A DNA stretch of 62,568 nucleotides, counting the filler, from Nemertoderma westbladi (Eukaryota > Animalia > Xenacoelomorpha), in the NCBI GenBank assembly GCA_032718475.1. It is 3 parts of 3 records of this genome, joined end to end, with 100 filler letters (N's around TTAATTAATTAA, not from the genome) between each part and the next. Parts side by side here need not be neighbours in the genome. Positions count along the whole stretch, not along the records: positions 26,408 to 56,139 come from JAUCBJ010006882.1; 2 more parts are not named here. One strand, 5' to 3'. The position numbers and the translations under genes are program-made. Position 1 is the stretch's first letter. Every line of letters begins with the position of its first letter. The notes beneath the pieces are model-generated. The model was not told where the DNA came from and did no database searches. It was given only the letters and a program-made list of their open reading frames with translations. Below are positions 26,408 through 38,156 of the stretch, in pieces.

Positions 26408-29295
26408 TGTAATTTCACTTCTCCATCTAAGAATGACATGAGATCAGCCATGGTAGGGTCTTGTCGTTGTTGTTCCATCATATATAACACTTTCTTGTCC
26501 CAGCGTGTACCTACTCCACCCTTGGGCAAAGTAGATGCTAAGGCTCCTACAACCATAGAATTCTGGTATTCATGAGACTTACCTAGCCAATCTAATTGTC
26601 TACAGATCTCCTGAATCTCATCGGAAAACTCTATAATCCCGCTGCTAAGAAACTTTCGGGGCGCCATTAATTTTGCATACAAATACCTAGCTATGTTATT
26701 CCTATTACCATACCTGATGTTTAGTGTATCCCAAACTTGTCTTAATCCGTCTGGATGTCCAATAAACTTTAACGCCATTAACTTGGGAGATCCTTCCAAG
26801 CACTCGATGAGGAATCTAAGTTTCTCTCCATTAGATAGTACAGAGTTCTGTATGTTATCTTTGTAATATTCATTAAAAGGTAACCATTTCATCTCATCTC
26901 CATTGAACTTGACGATCTCTCCCACCTTTACCGCTTGCCGGGCTACGGTTCTAGCCATTTGACGCGTAAAACTTTCTTGGGCCATCGTGTTATTTAATAT
27001 CGAGTTATCGGTATATAAATTTCTCGGATTATGATCAGATCTATAGGGAATGTCATTATCAACAGGTCTATAATTACCCTTAATAGGGTTCACTATAGGA
27101 GTTTCTACTTCGCTAGCAGTATATATGCGTGTAGGCTCCACACCTTGCGCATGAGATACTTCAGACCTAACAGGTTGACACATTGTTACCGAGGGTGGTG
27201 GTATACCCCTTTGTGTATTTACTAATTTATCGCGTTCTAGCGCGATACTTTGCTGCACTTCTTGCAACTCTAGCCTACTTTCCCTTACTGTGCCCTTGAA
27301 TTGCTGAACAGTCTCCTGCATCTGCCCGAGCAGGAGATCCATCCCCCGCCGTCTCTCGTCCACCCATTCGACCGCCGAAGCGGGAGTCGCCAACGTTGTA
27401 GCGGGCGGACGAGGGACAACGGGCGACAAATCATGAATATTTCGCTCGGGGTCCAGGACCTGAACTGTCTCCTGGGCAGTTCTACTGGGCACAGGTAGCT
27501 TAGTGCTATGCAGAGGGAATTTAGAGGTAGCTTCAGAGAGCACAGGTGTGTCTATCACCGAAGGGGTGATTTCAAGAACAGGCCTAATTATTTCAGGCTC
27601 ATCTACTATAGTAGGGAGTCTTTCTATTTGAATTATTTGGTCTGTGGGCTCTGTACTACCTAAATTGGTGTTATTTAGTTGCCTTCTAACAGCTGGAGGC
27701 AAATCAGGCAATTTCTGACGGTGGAATGTTCTTTTACGTCTGCTTAGACGAGATCTATTTCCTTTGCCTTCAGTATCGGTGGTATCGCCTTCCTCAGATG
27801 ATGTACATCCCTGTCTTTTGGGAGTAGATCGATTCATCATCTGCATATTACTAGCTGTTAACTGTTTATTTATGCAGTCTTGATTCTCCTGAATGTTTTC
27901 CAATTCTAATTGGGTGATTTCTTCCGCCGCTCTACGTTCTGCTTCTGCCACTGCCACGTCCGCCTTTCTTTTCATTTCTGCTGCCTTTCTTTTCGCTTCC
28001 GCTTCTGCCGCTGCCGCTGCCTCTGCCGCTGCCGCTGCCGCTTTCCTTTCTATTTCGTCAGCTTTACTTTCCTCTTCGGCTGCTTTCCTTTCCGCTTCGG
28101 CAGCTGCTACTGCTGCTTTCTTTCTGTCTTCTATACGTTTTTTCTTTACTTGCTCCTCCTGGACTCGTGTGATGCGGAGTTGTTCATCAAATTTAGCCTG
28201 GTTCGCAGCCCTCATTTCCACATCGATGGCATCCAACACAAGCTTGGTTCCTTCACTATTAGGGCTAAGTCCCTCTAACCTTCTCCTCAACTCGTCATCA
28301 CCTAAAAAACGTTGATAGTCTGACAGATAGATGTCAATGGCATCCCTCTTATGCGGTTTCTCTGCCGTCGCTTCACTTTCCACTTGGGAAAAAGTAGCGT
28401 CTGTTGATTCTCCATGGGTTGAGCGCTCCTCCAGCTGAGCTTTCCACTGAGCTGTTCCTTGAACCTGGCGACTCACCCGTTGAAACCAAGTCTTTACAGC
28501 AACTTGCAACGACGTGTCTTGTCTTCTTTTAGAAGCCTCTTCAAAGGCTGATAATATTAGCCTGATTCGCAGAATTCTTTCTCTAACTTGATAAAGCAGT
28601 TGTCCCTGCTCTTGAGGTCCTTGAGGTTGTTGTAACAGTTGTTTTTCTACTCGCTCCATAGAGCTGAAGAATCCATGTGCGTATCCGGCTGCGGACCTCT
28701 TCCACACAGCTGGATCGATGGTTTCCTTGGCTACTCCCATCCGTTGTATGTCTTCCCAGGCAGCTTCGGATAAATCAAACGGGAGTCCGGGTCCGGGGAA
28801 GTTCCATTGCGACTCGACCATGGACTTCAGTTCTTCCCTTGTGTATCCCGCATAACTATCTTTAGTTGAGCGCTTACTTCTCGCCCAATCGATCTGGTGT
28901 TCTTCCACAGCGATCAATAACCTAGTGAGTACGGCTGCAGGAAGGATGAGAAGGGGATCCGAATAAACCGCATCCGTCATCCTTGCTCCGCGCTCGGGTG
29001 TCAGTTCTACAGTATCTTCACTACTGGAGCTGTCGGGCCGCTGAGAAATAATTTCTTGGCTCACGGGTTGTTGCTGTTCCGCTGCTTCTTGGTCCCGCTT
29101 GACCTGAGCTCGAGTGCCTATGATAGACCTACGATGTTGGACCAGCCTAGGTTCTGTTATTACTACAGGAGGGATGACCTTCCTCACAGTGGGAGGTGAA
29201 CTGAACTTACGACTAGACGGTTCTACGCCTCTATCTGAGTCGCAGATAGTTACATCTAATAAACTGTCTGACAGGTTCTGCATAGTATCAGACAT
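26408..29295 (-). CDS. BEL Gag, very long N-terminus, open to the contig end
   Basis: DUF1759-like block KFNGDEMKWLPF...EKLRFLIECLEGSP...LNIRYG after ~790 aa including an Ala/Glu/Lys coiled-coil. Confidence 0.85.
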
Positions 29296-30765
29296 GTTTA
29301 TGTGTACAGTTGAATGTCTACTGCTGTATTACAGTCTGAGCAAGTCTAGTAACTCAGTATTAACTGCTAGCCTAGTAATTAATTACCTATACTGCTACTC
29401 AGTGTATCGTGATATATATAATATATTAGGATACCGGTATGCTTATAGCATATATAACTATATAAGTATTATTACAGACTAGGTTTATCACAGAATACCG
29501 GTATAATTTTAGCACAAATATATATAAATATATAATAGGCCTATCGGGAATACCGGTATACAGCTTACAGTTTATAGTATATATTATTCTGGACTAGAAT
29601 TAATTACAAGTACTGGTATAATTTCAGCCTAAATTTATAGAAATAAAGATAATAGGCCTATCGTAAATACCGGTATATCAATTATTTTGAATAATTGAAT
29701 TTCTGAATTTTAGGGGTACTTGGTTACTTTACTTACTTTGTTACCGTTATTTGAGCAGTAGTCCAACTGATATTGAGACCTAATGGTTGTATGGTAGGCC
29801 TACTATTTATAAATCGTTAGATTTGATTTATAATATATATATACCCGTTTTAATGGGTTTTGTCAATATTTGAAATAAATGTTATTATTTCTGGGGAGTA
29901 ATCACTACACAAAGCGGTGCGCTTTCAGTGAAGTGTTACTTATAGGACACTAAAACAAATAATGCTAATTTACCTAAGTTACTTAATACTACAAATTACG
30001 TACAATTCGGGTGAGATTACAATCTCTAAATAAACACAAAAATTTACAAAAACACAAAATACGAAATTTTTAGGGTAATTTTACAAGAAGTCTACAAACC
30101 AGCCTAACAAAGGGTTAGAATTCTGGTTATTACAACGGACAGGGTACTGCGGTATTTGAAAATAATACGTAGTAGTAAATACACTGCGTTGTCCAGATAG
30201 GAAAATACCACCGCCTGACGACCTATAGCCGTATCGCTATAGGTACTACGTTATGTATCATGGAGTGTTCCTACCTAGAAGTTAATAGAGCTAATCGAAC
30301 GTGCCTATCAACCACTTTACAACACAAATATAATGTCTACACTAATTACTTTCGGAAAGCACTGTACACTAAACCCTAAATTAGGTACGAGTACTTGTAC
30401 AACATATAATCAGTAGTTAAATATACTTGAACAGCTAAAAGAACCACGGCATCTGCTGGAGTGACCGGTGCACAAAATCACCAGTCTTTACCTACGCCAA
30501 GCAGCCCGTGTAGTACCGGGGTTAATTTAACTATAGCGGTATGTATAACAAACACAATTATTGTAGGAACAAACTTGGGGAATGAATGTTGCGAATAATC
30601 GCATAAACTCTGAATAATAAATATTACTCTACGCGTACAAACCACTCAAACAAAATGCAGACCAAATACTGACAGACTACTATCAAGCCTAAATAAACTA
30701 CAGGACATGCAGACTCCGAAATGATTAGGTAGTATGCGTTCTAACCCAGTAGTACGACTTATTCT

Positions 30766-31038
30766 TGTTAAACTAATTAAAAGACAATGAAATATACAAA
30801 ACCTTTTTCGTTTATTTAATTATTCAAACAAGTTTAATACAATCAAAATTATCTCCCTTAATTCTCCCCACACCAGTAATATATAGCCAAAGCAATACCA
30901 CCAAAATAAGTCCAAAGGTCACAGCTGATATCTCCCAGTGGAGACAATATTGGATTAGGTATAGGCGACGGAAAGGTTAATTGAATCTGATCAGAGGTAG
31001 CAGCTGGTATCTCCCTTTTAATGATTATACTCTTCACA
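30766..31038 (-). repeat. Gypsy-1 3' LTR
   Basis: Direct repeat of 34518-34790. Confidence 0.95.
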
Positions 31039-31172
31039 TACTCCACCCTTAAAACATAACTATAAAGTCAGACAAAGCATATCCACTTGTCTCATTAAGA
31101 ACATTGATGTATATTGACAACTCTGTTCCCTTCCAACAACGCAACCTGAGGTGATAATTGAGAAATAACACG

Positions 31173-33863
31173 TTAAGGCCCATAAAATTTGGGGCCTAAC
31201 GTTGTTCTTTGAGGAGGCGGTACAGGAGGAGATAAATTTACCAGAATTGAAGGAATTTCCTTTAACATCGAGGTGTAGGTCGCCGGGGGCACATTGTATC
31301 CATAAAGAGCAAAGAATGGTGAACAATCAAGTTTGTCGTGAACCATGCGATTAATGTTATACACGGCCTCTGGTAAGTTATTCTGCCAGCTTCCAGACAT
31401 ACATCGGATTCGATCCTTTAATGTGCGATGTACACGTTCCACTACACCGTTCCCTTGGGGATAATATGGTGTCGAATATGAGTGTGTTATTTCGTAATCA
31501 TTAAACACAGTTTTGAGAATGTTATTAAAGAGTGCAGATGTAAACTGCGAACCGTTATCTGTATGTATTCGCCGAGGTGGCCCATGCCGAAATACCCATC
31601 CTTTCTTAAATGCATCGGAGATAATGTTAGCTGTAATCGTTTTCAGCGGCACAGCTTCAAGGTATCGTGATGCCATATCAATCATCGTCAATATATATCT
31701 ACATCCCATCTGCGTTGTTGGTAATGGCCCTACTATATCTAAGGAGACTACTTCTCCAACAGCACATGAGTTTAAGTTTGGGAGTTCTCCCGTTGGTGCC
31801 CTTTTTGTGTATGATTTATTTGTTCGGCAATCCACGCAATTGTCCTGTATTGATCGGAGTACTGCTCGCATTTTGGGGAACCATAAGCCGTCATTCAATA
31901 TTGATTTCCGTGTTTTGTTCATTGAGAAATGTCCAGCTTCATGGTATTTCTTTGCTACCAACTCAGCATCTTTATCTGATAATGTTTTTAGGGCACATGC
32001 CGAATTTGGCACAAATGGGGCGGCGTTTATATTTGGAAAATTCCCAGGTGGCATCCGAGATAGTGTATCCGCTACAACGTTTTCTGCTCCTCGTACATAT
32101 TTAATGTCTATGTTAAAATCCTGTAAATAATCTAACCAACGGCACTGTCGTGCATTGTTGCCAACTTTCCTTTCCAATAGTCCAATCAGAGGCTTGTGGT
32201 CCGTAAACACAGTCACGTCATGACCCTTGAGATACGTTTGGAACTTTCGTATGGCCCAATATAAACTGTAAAATTCTTTGTCAGTCGTAGACCAATTTAG
32301 CTCTGATCCATGCAATGTTCTACTTGCAAAATATATTGGGAGTTCGTCAGATTTTAAGTTTTGACTAAGAACCGCACCAACAGCCCGATCGCTTGCGTCG
32401 ACTCGAACTATATATGGTTTCGTTAAATCAGGAATGTATACCAATATTGCTTCTGTAAATAAACTTTTGACGTTATCAAAAGCTTTCGAGTGAACCTCTA
32501 ACCATTTAAACTTTGACTTAGGTCGTGATGTTAGCTCATACAACAGACCAGCCTCTTTAGATAAATGTCGAGCAAATCGAGAATAAAAATTAATCAAACC
32601 AAGAAATGATTGTAGTTCTTTGGTATTGGCTGGTGTGGGGAAATCTTGTATGCATTTGACTTTTTCTGGATCAGGTTTAACTTGTCCGTTTTCAATAATA
32701 AATCCGAGATATGGTATCCGTGTTAATCCAAAAGCACATTTGGCCGGCTTTAATTTTATCCCTTCATTTCGGAATTGTGTGAAAATTGCCTTCAAAACTT
32801 CGTAGTGCTCCTGTATCGTTTCGGAGGCAGGAATGACGTCATCGACGTATGGAAACACATCTATATCATTTAGTATTGTCTGCATATCTTTTTGAAATTC
32901 GGAAGATGCATTTTTCAGTCCAAAAGGCATGACATTAAACTGCCATTGTTTATGGTCTGCTTGAAACGCCGTTTTCGGTTTGCTCGTTTCCGTTAAAGGC
33001 ACCTGCCAATAACCACTTGTCAAATCTAAACTGGAAAATATCTTTTTATTGTATAATCGATCTAAAAGTTCATCGATAAGTGGCATGGGGAATTTATTAT
33101 CAATCGTCACTTTATTTAATCCTCTGAAATCAATGCAAAACCGTTTTGTACCATCCGGTTTATCAACTAACAAATAAGGTGAATTCCAAGGTGAAAGTGC
33201 CGGTGCTATAATATCATTTTTGTGCATGTCAGTCACTAACCTGTGTATTACTTCTTTGTCCACTTGAGCATTCTTGTATTGACGTTTGAACACAGGTGTC
33301 CCAGACGTTTCTATATCATGAGTAAATGATTTCATTCTTCCAATATCATACTTGGAATGGCTGAATATTTCTCGGAAACTCCAAACCAATTCTTGTATTT
33401 GTTCCAAATCATTTGGTTTCCAATCTGTTGGCCATCGAAAAAGTTTCACAAACTCTTCTCGTGAAATTATATTAACGGCTGCTTCCACTGGGTTCCCCAA
33501 AATAGTAGGGAAGGCCTGAATTGCCTTAATTCCTAATATTAACTCGAATGGTGGATCCTTGAGTATATGAAAGTCTAACACTTCCTTGAAGCCGTTCCAT
33601 TTTGCCGTGATTCTAACTAAACCCGTCGATTTCACAACATCCCCGGACGCCGTGTAAAAACATATGCTACGTGATAGAATATCTAAACATAAATCATCAA
33701 CTAATTGTTTTGAAATTAAATTCAGCTCAGAACCAGTATCTAACATGGCTATATGTCTATTCTCACCGTTCATTTCGATTTCTGCGTAAAGGAACGGTGC
33801 TCTATGATTTATTAACGAACTCCCAGTAGCTGCACCTCCCACTACTGGGATTTGAAGTTTTTT
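31173..33863 (-). CDS. Gypsy-1 Pol (PR-RT-RH-IN)
   Basis: MLDTGS, YVDD, VDASD, TDHKPL, H-H-C-C, LDIVGP, TDNGSQF, GVVER. The stop after KFYGP looks like a nonsense change close to the C-terminus. Confidence 0.95.
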   Translation of the reverse strand, partial: KKLQIPVVGGAATGSSLINHRAPFLYAEIEMNGENRHIAMLDTGSELNLISKQLVDDLCLDILSRSICFYTASGDVVKSTGLVRITAKWNGFKEVLDFHILKDPPFELILGIKAIQAFPTILGNPVEAAVNIISREEFVKLFRWPTDWKPNDLEQIQELVWSFREIFSHSKYDIGRMKSFTHDIETSGTPVFKRQYKNAQVDKEVIHRLVTDMHKNDIIAPALSPWNSPYLLVDKPDGTKRFCIDFRGLNKVTIDNKFPMPLIDELLDRLYNKKIFSSLDLTSGYWQVPLTETSKPKTAFQADHKQWQFNVMPFGLKNASSEFQKDMQTILNDIDVFPYVDDVIPASETIQEHYEVLKAIFTQFRNEGIKLKPAKCAFGLTRIPYLGFIIENGQVKPDPEKVKCIQDFPTPANTKELQSFLGLINFYSRFARHLSKEAGLLYELTSRPKSKFKWLEVHSKAFDNVKSLFTEAILVYIPDLTKPYIVRVDASDRAVGAVLSQNLKSDELPIYFASRTLHGSELNWSTTDKEFYSLYWAIRKFQTYLKGHDVTVFTDHKPLIGLLERKVGNNARQCRWLDYLQDFNIDIKYVRGAENVVADTLSRMPPGNFPNINAAPFVPNSACALKTLSDKDAELVAKKYHEAGHFSMNKTRKSILNDGLWFPKMRAVLRSIQDNCVDCRTNKSYTKRAPTGELPNLNSCAVGEVVSLDIVGPLPTTQMGCRYILTMIDMASRYLEAVPLKTITANIISDAFKKGWVFRHGPPRRIHTDNGSQFTSALFNNILKTVFNDYEITHSYSTPYYPQGNGVVERVHRTLKDRIRCMSGSWQNNLPEAVYNINRMVHDKLDCSPFFALYGYNVPPATYTSMLKEIPSILVNLSPPVPPPQRTTLGPKFYGP

Positions 33864-34507
33864 GATTTGCGATTGGTACAGTCTTTACCCATGTGGTTCT
33901 CGTTGCGGCATTTCCTACAATGTTTGAAGCATTGCCTCGCAAAATGGCCGGATATGCCGCAATTGAAACACCCTGTAGTTGCTGCACCGGACACTGGAAT
34001 ATATGGCTGAGCTTGACCTTGGTAGTTCAACGATATCCCCGTATCCAGATTGAACTGCACCAGGCTATCCCAAGAAGTAAACTGTTGAGCTTTTAACACC
34101 TTTTGAGATGATTCGTTCTTTATGTTTTTCAAGAAGATGCTAATTGCCAAATCATCTGAGATTGTACGTCTATATTTAAGTAACCTTAGTGCGTCATCAA
34201 AGCTTGTCAAATCTTCGCTCGAGGTGATATCGAATTCTAATGAATTTAATCCATCCATTGGAACGACCAATTGTGTCCAAGCCTCTCTAAGTTTTTTTAA
34301 CAATGAGGTAGCTGTGGTTCGTCCATCGCTCTGAACTTTTTTTAGGATATTATCCTCGACCGATACTTGTATCTTCAACAACAGTGCTTCGTCTTTCTTT
34401 TCCTCCTCGATTTTCCCTTGCAGGACTAGTAAGTTAACTTCTGCCCGTGTTGACATCTCCCAACAAGAAAAATCTGTAGTAAGGGATAGTTTCATGTTCG
34501 AAATCAC
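33842..34507 (-). CDS. Gypsy-1 Gag with two CCHC knuckles
   Basis: CFNCGISGHFARQC and CRKCRNENHMGKDC. Confidence 0.9.
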   Translation of the reverse strand: MISNMKLSLTTDFSCWEMSTRAEVNLLVLQGKIEEEKKDEALLLKIQVSVEDNILKKVQSDGRTTATSLLKKLREAWTQLVVPMDGLNSLEFDITSSEDLTSFDDALRLLKYRRTISDDLAISIFLKNIKNESSQKVLKAQQFTSWDSLVQFNLDTGISLNYQGQAQPYIPVSGAATTGCFNCGISGHFARQCFKHCRKCRNENHMGKDCTNRKSKNFKSQ

Positions 34508-34517
34508 ACTGCGCCAA

Positions 34518-34790
34518 TGTTAAACTAATTAAAAGACAATGAAATATACAAAACCTTTTTCGTTTATTTAATTATTCAAACAAGTTTAATACAATCAAAA
34601 TTATCTCCCTTAATTCTCCCCACACCAGTAATATATAGCCAAAGCAATATCACCAAAATAAGTCCAAAGGTCACAGCTGATATCTCCCAGTGGAGACAAT
34701 ATTGGATTAGGTATAGGCGACGGAAAGGTTAATTGAATCTGATCAGAGGTAGCAGCTGGTATCTCCCTTTTAATGATTATACTCTTCACA
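34518..34790 (-). repeat. Gypsy-1 5' LTR
   Basis: Direct repeat, followed on the minus strand by the PBS. Confidence 0.95.
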
Positions 34791-36703
34791 ATTCTTTAGT
34801 TGGGGGTTTACCTTACAGCATTGGCTGCCCCTACTTCCTAACCGTTCTTTATCGGACAGAGGCTCTACACACACTGCAATCCGTTCAGACCTAATAACAG
34901 CCAGACAACTATCCAGCCTACAAATTATCTAAATAAATATTATACGCTACCCGTACAGACTTACACAAACAAAGTACAGACTAAATGATGGCAGACTACT
35001 CTCAAGCCTAAATAAACTACAGGACATGCAGACTCCGAAATGATTAGGTAGTATGCGTTCTAACCCAGTAGTACGACTTATTCTTTAGATGGGGGTTTAC
35101 CTTACAGCTTTGGCTGCCCCTACTTCCTAACCGTTCTTTATCGGACAGATGATCTACACACACTGCAATCCGTTCAGACTTAACAACAATCAGACAACAG
35201 CTCAGCCTACAAATTGTCTGTACAATCTGATCAGGCTTACACGCCTTCTGTTCAATACTGGCCTACAAACAAATAAAACTTGACAGAAATAAGTAAAAAT
35301 CTCAATAAAAAACCAGGGCTGCAGTCCCTGATTAATTATTAAGGCCTACCGGTATATAATTATCAAAATCGAATAATACTGCTGTACCTGTACTGTAAGT
35401 ACCGGTTCGGGTGATCAGGCAGTCAGGCCTACAGGTTTCCGGTCGACCGGTACTTTCGACTAGATTGCTTACACCGCAATCCAGAAGCAATATCTGTTAT
35501 TGTTTGCGCTTTTGAAGACCTTTGACAGTTTAACCTGCCAAAATTAGAATGTCTTTTCGATGATAGATAGTCTTTAGCCTATGACGAGTATTTGATACAC
35601 TACATTAGCCGAAGCCAGTCTATGCGCAATCATCCACCCGTTGGATATACCCGGGAGACTGAGTTCGGGGCTTAATGATTGATGGTGTAAGCCTACTGTA
35701 TTATTCGACTGATCGTAATATATAATCTCTGACAAATATTATTCACTTTCGGGAAATATTAACAGTTCCTTTATGACGTGGCGCTCTAAATATGTAAACA
35801 GAGTTATGACTTAAACCAGACACAACGAAAAGGCTATAGATTCACGTATATGGCACATTCTTTAGGAGATGTTTTGTTATCAGTTACACTCATACACAAT
35901 GCTGCACAATACTGCACACTAATCTGCCGACCTTCACTAAATTTGGTCACGTATAAAGAGAGCAACAGACAATTTATGTTGGGCATATGAAATAGCATTA
36001 GATTCACTTCAAACCACTCAACATAGGTCGCAATCGTTTATCTGTAACCGGTCTCTCTAACCTTTAGGATATCAAGAAGGTGGGGTGTCTGACTATTGAT
36101 CAGTATTCCGATATAATATTTCATCAACCAATATAATGAATAACCAACAGCAAAGGCAGTAATATTAATAATTTATGGATAGTAAATGAGTGAATAGCTC
36201 GTGATAACAGATATACGTTCTATAATTAAGCCTAATAATGTAAGACTAAAAACTGAAAACACGGAGGTGCCAAAAGCCGGTTCTTAGGCTCTGGGCAAAA
36301 ACATAACACTGAACTACTGAGTTTCTGTATACACCTCCAACACAGAGACAACAAAACGCTCTGATTGGTCAACCGAACAACGAGAGAACAAAGAAACAAA
36401 GAAACGTCGACGTGGCAATATCAGCTGCTAGCCCTCGTCATGGTAGCGACACTGTTTTCAAGAGTATCTAGCTTATCGCATCACGAGATTGCGGATTATG
36501 TCCTCTAAAGTACAAATACAGTACAAATACATAAGAAATGACTTTTATGTCCTCTAAAACACCAGTACAGCAAGGACACGGCCTTTTTATGCCTGGCAAA
36601 CCAACTACAGAGTACTTTAAGGGAAAATAACCGGTTAATGACGCAAAAGCTTTTACAAAGACGCACGTCTTGTAGGGGAAATGCGGGTGATATTTATTCG
36701 GTT

Positions 36704-37012
36704 TTACAATGTTTCTCTCAAGAATTCCAAATATACATTGGAGTTACCGCGTTTATCAGGTTCTTTAACGTCTTCTCTTTCGAGTCGATTTCGAATAGAA
36801 TTTTCGCATTCGATTTTCAGTTTATCGTTCCGACTCCGCTGGGTAGGATATTTAAATAGGGTCATTTCCCTTTCGGTGTCGACATCGTCCGTATCGTGTA
36901 AATCGATAGGATGACCAGTAGTTAAGAAGTCCATATGCGTACCATTACGATGCGTATAGCGAGCATTGAATTTTCGATAGTCCAATTCATGAGTGAGTTG
37001 CTCCTGGGACAT
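36704..37012 (-). CDS. Hypothetical 102-aa protein between BEL pol (copy C) and the leader of copy B
   Basis: ATG-started, hydrophilic ORF in AT-rich DNA, same strand as BEL; no recognised motif. Confidence 0.3.
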   Translation of the reverse strand: MSQEQLTHELDYRKFNARYTHRNGTHMDFLTTGHPIDLHDTDDVDTEREMTLFKYPTQRSRNDKLKIECENSIRNRLEREDVKEPDKRGNSNVYLEFLRETL

Positions 37013-37279
37013 TCATTTAATAGTAATTCTTTAATTGTCAATATTCCTCTTTATACATGATTTTATGAATTTTATCGGCTATTGACTATATATTGGAGAT
37101 TCTCGCACACTAATATACTTAATAGGGTGAATCTCCGCTCCCATGATCTATTAATTAATGGAATTTTGGGAATGTTACAAATTGTATAAAAATGACAATT
37201 TATCAAATTCATTAAAAGATATGAATTTAAATTTATTCCCGTAAATTTTATTATTTAATATTAAATAGACACAATTTTA

Positions 37280-37605
37280 TTCCAGAGCATGTCTGGGAAC
37301 TAGGATCCTGAATTCTAGGAAATTTGTCCTTTTAAGAGTATCGGTAAGTGCTACGATATCTTAATCGACTAGAATTTTAAAGGATCTAAATTTTAACAGA
37401 TTTTGATTTATAGATTTTCTAGAGTTAACTTGTAAGTATTTACTCTATTGTATTTGTTTGACAGATTTTACAAATATTAATAGTTAATATTTAAGATGGG
37501 CACCGGTTTATTCCAGAACATGTCTGGGGACGTTAACCACTGATTCTAGAATTTTGTCTTTTAAGTATATCGGTGGGTGCCGCGATATCTTAATCGACTA
37601 GAATT
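37280..37605. repeat. Diverged ~95-bp direct repeat (period ~230 bp) in the putative BEL LTR
   Basis: TTCCAGA.CATGTCTGGG...GATATCTTAATCGACTAGAATT occurs at 37280 and 37510. Confidence 0.75.
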
Positions 37606-38156
37606 ACAGATGGTCAAAGGGTTTAACAGATTTATTTTGCGTTTTACGCTACTGTTAAAGGAACATCACACTACTATATGCATTATTTAATATACGGTAT
37701 GAGAGCAATATTGCAAGAAACAATGTCAGTGAGAAGAGGCAAGTCGTTTCCAAGGTCTACCCAGAGCTTGGTTTAGCCGAGACACGAGGATCTGAATTTT
37801 GCATTCCGAATACTCTACTTACCAATAATACTTGAATATAGTAGGAGCTTTATTGTACTTTAATAAGTACGGACATTTCATCTTACTGTAGTCACGTATT
37901 TATAATATGATACAGACAGTAAGGAAAGAGAAAAATAATTATTTCTCGCCGTCGCACTAAATATATAATATAATATAAGTAAGTAATATACACTAATATA
38001 TTGCACTAATCTACTAAATAATCGCTAAAATAACATTCTACTAAATAAAATTAAAGAAAACGATTATAATAAAAGTACATAATAATACATACATAAATAT
38101 AAAAATAATAAAGACAGATATAAAATAATATAGTCACACACCCACTCCAGATGCTG

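Larger units (their letters stand above)
30766..34790 (-). mobile_element. Full-length compact Ty3/Gypsy element (4025 bp), recent insertion
   Basis: 273-bp TG...CA LTRs differing at one visible base, 5-bp TSD ATTCT, PBS TGGCGCAGTG, PPT AAGGGTGGAG. Confidence 0.95.
26408..36660 (-). mobile_element. BEL/Pao copy B: gag and long leader, containing a Gypsy insertion
   Basis: Homologous to 1-3935, and to copy C gag (43383-43861, 51292-51622). Confidence 0.85.
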
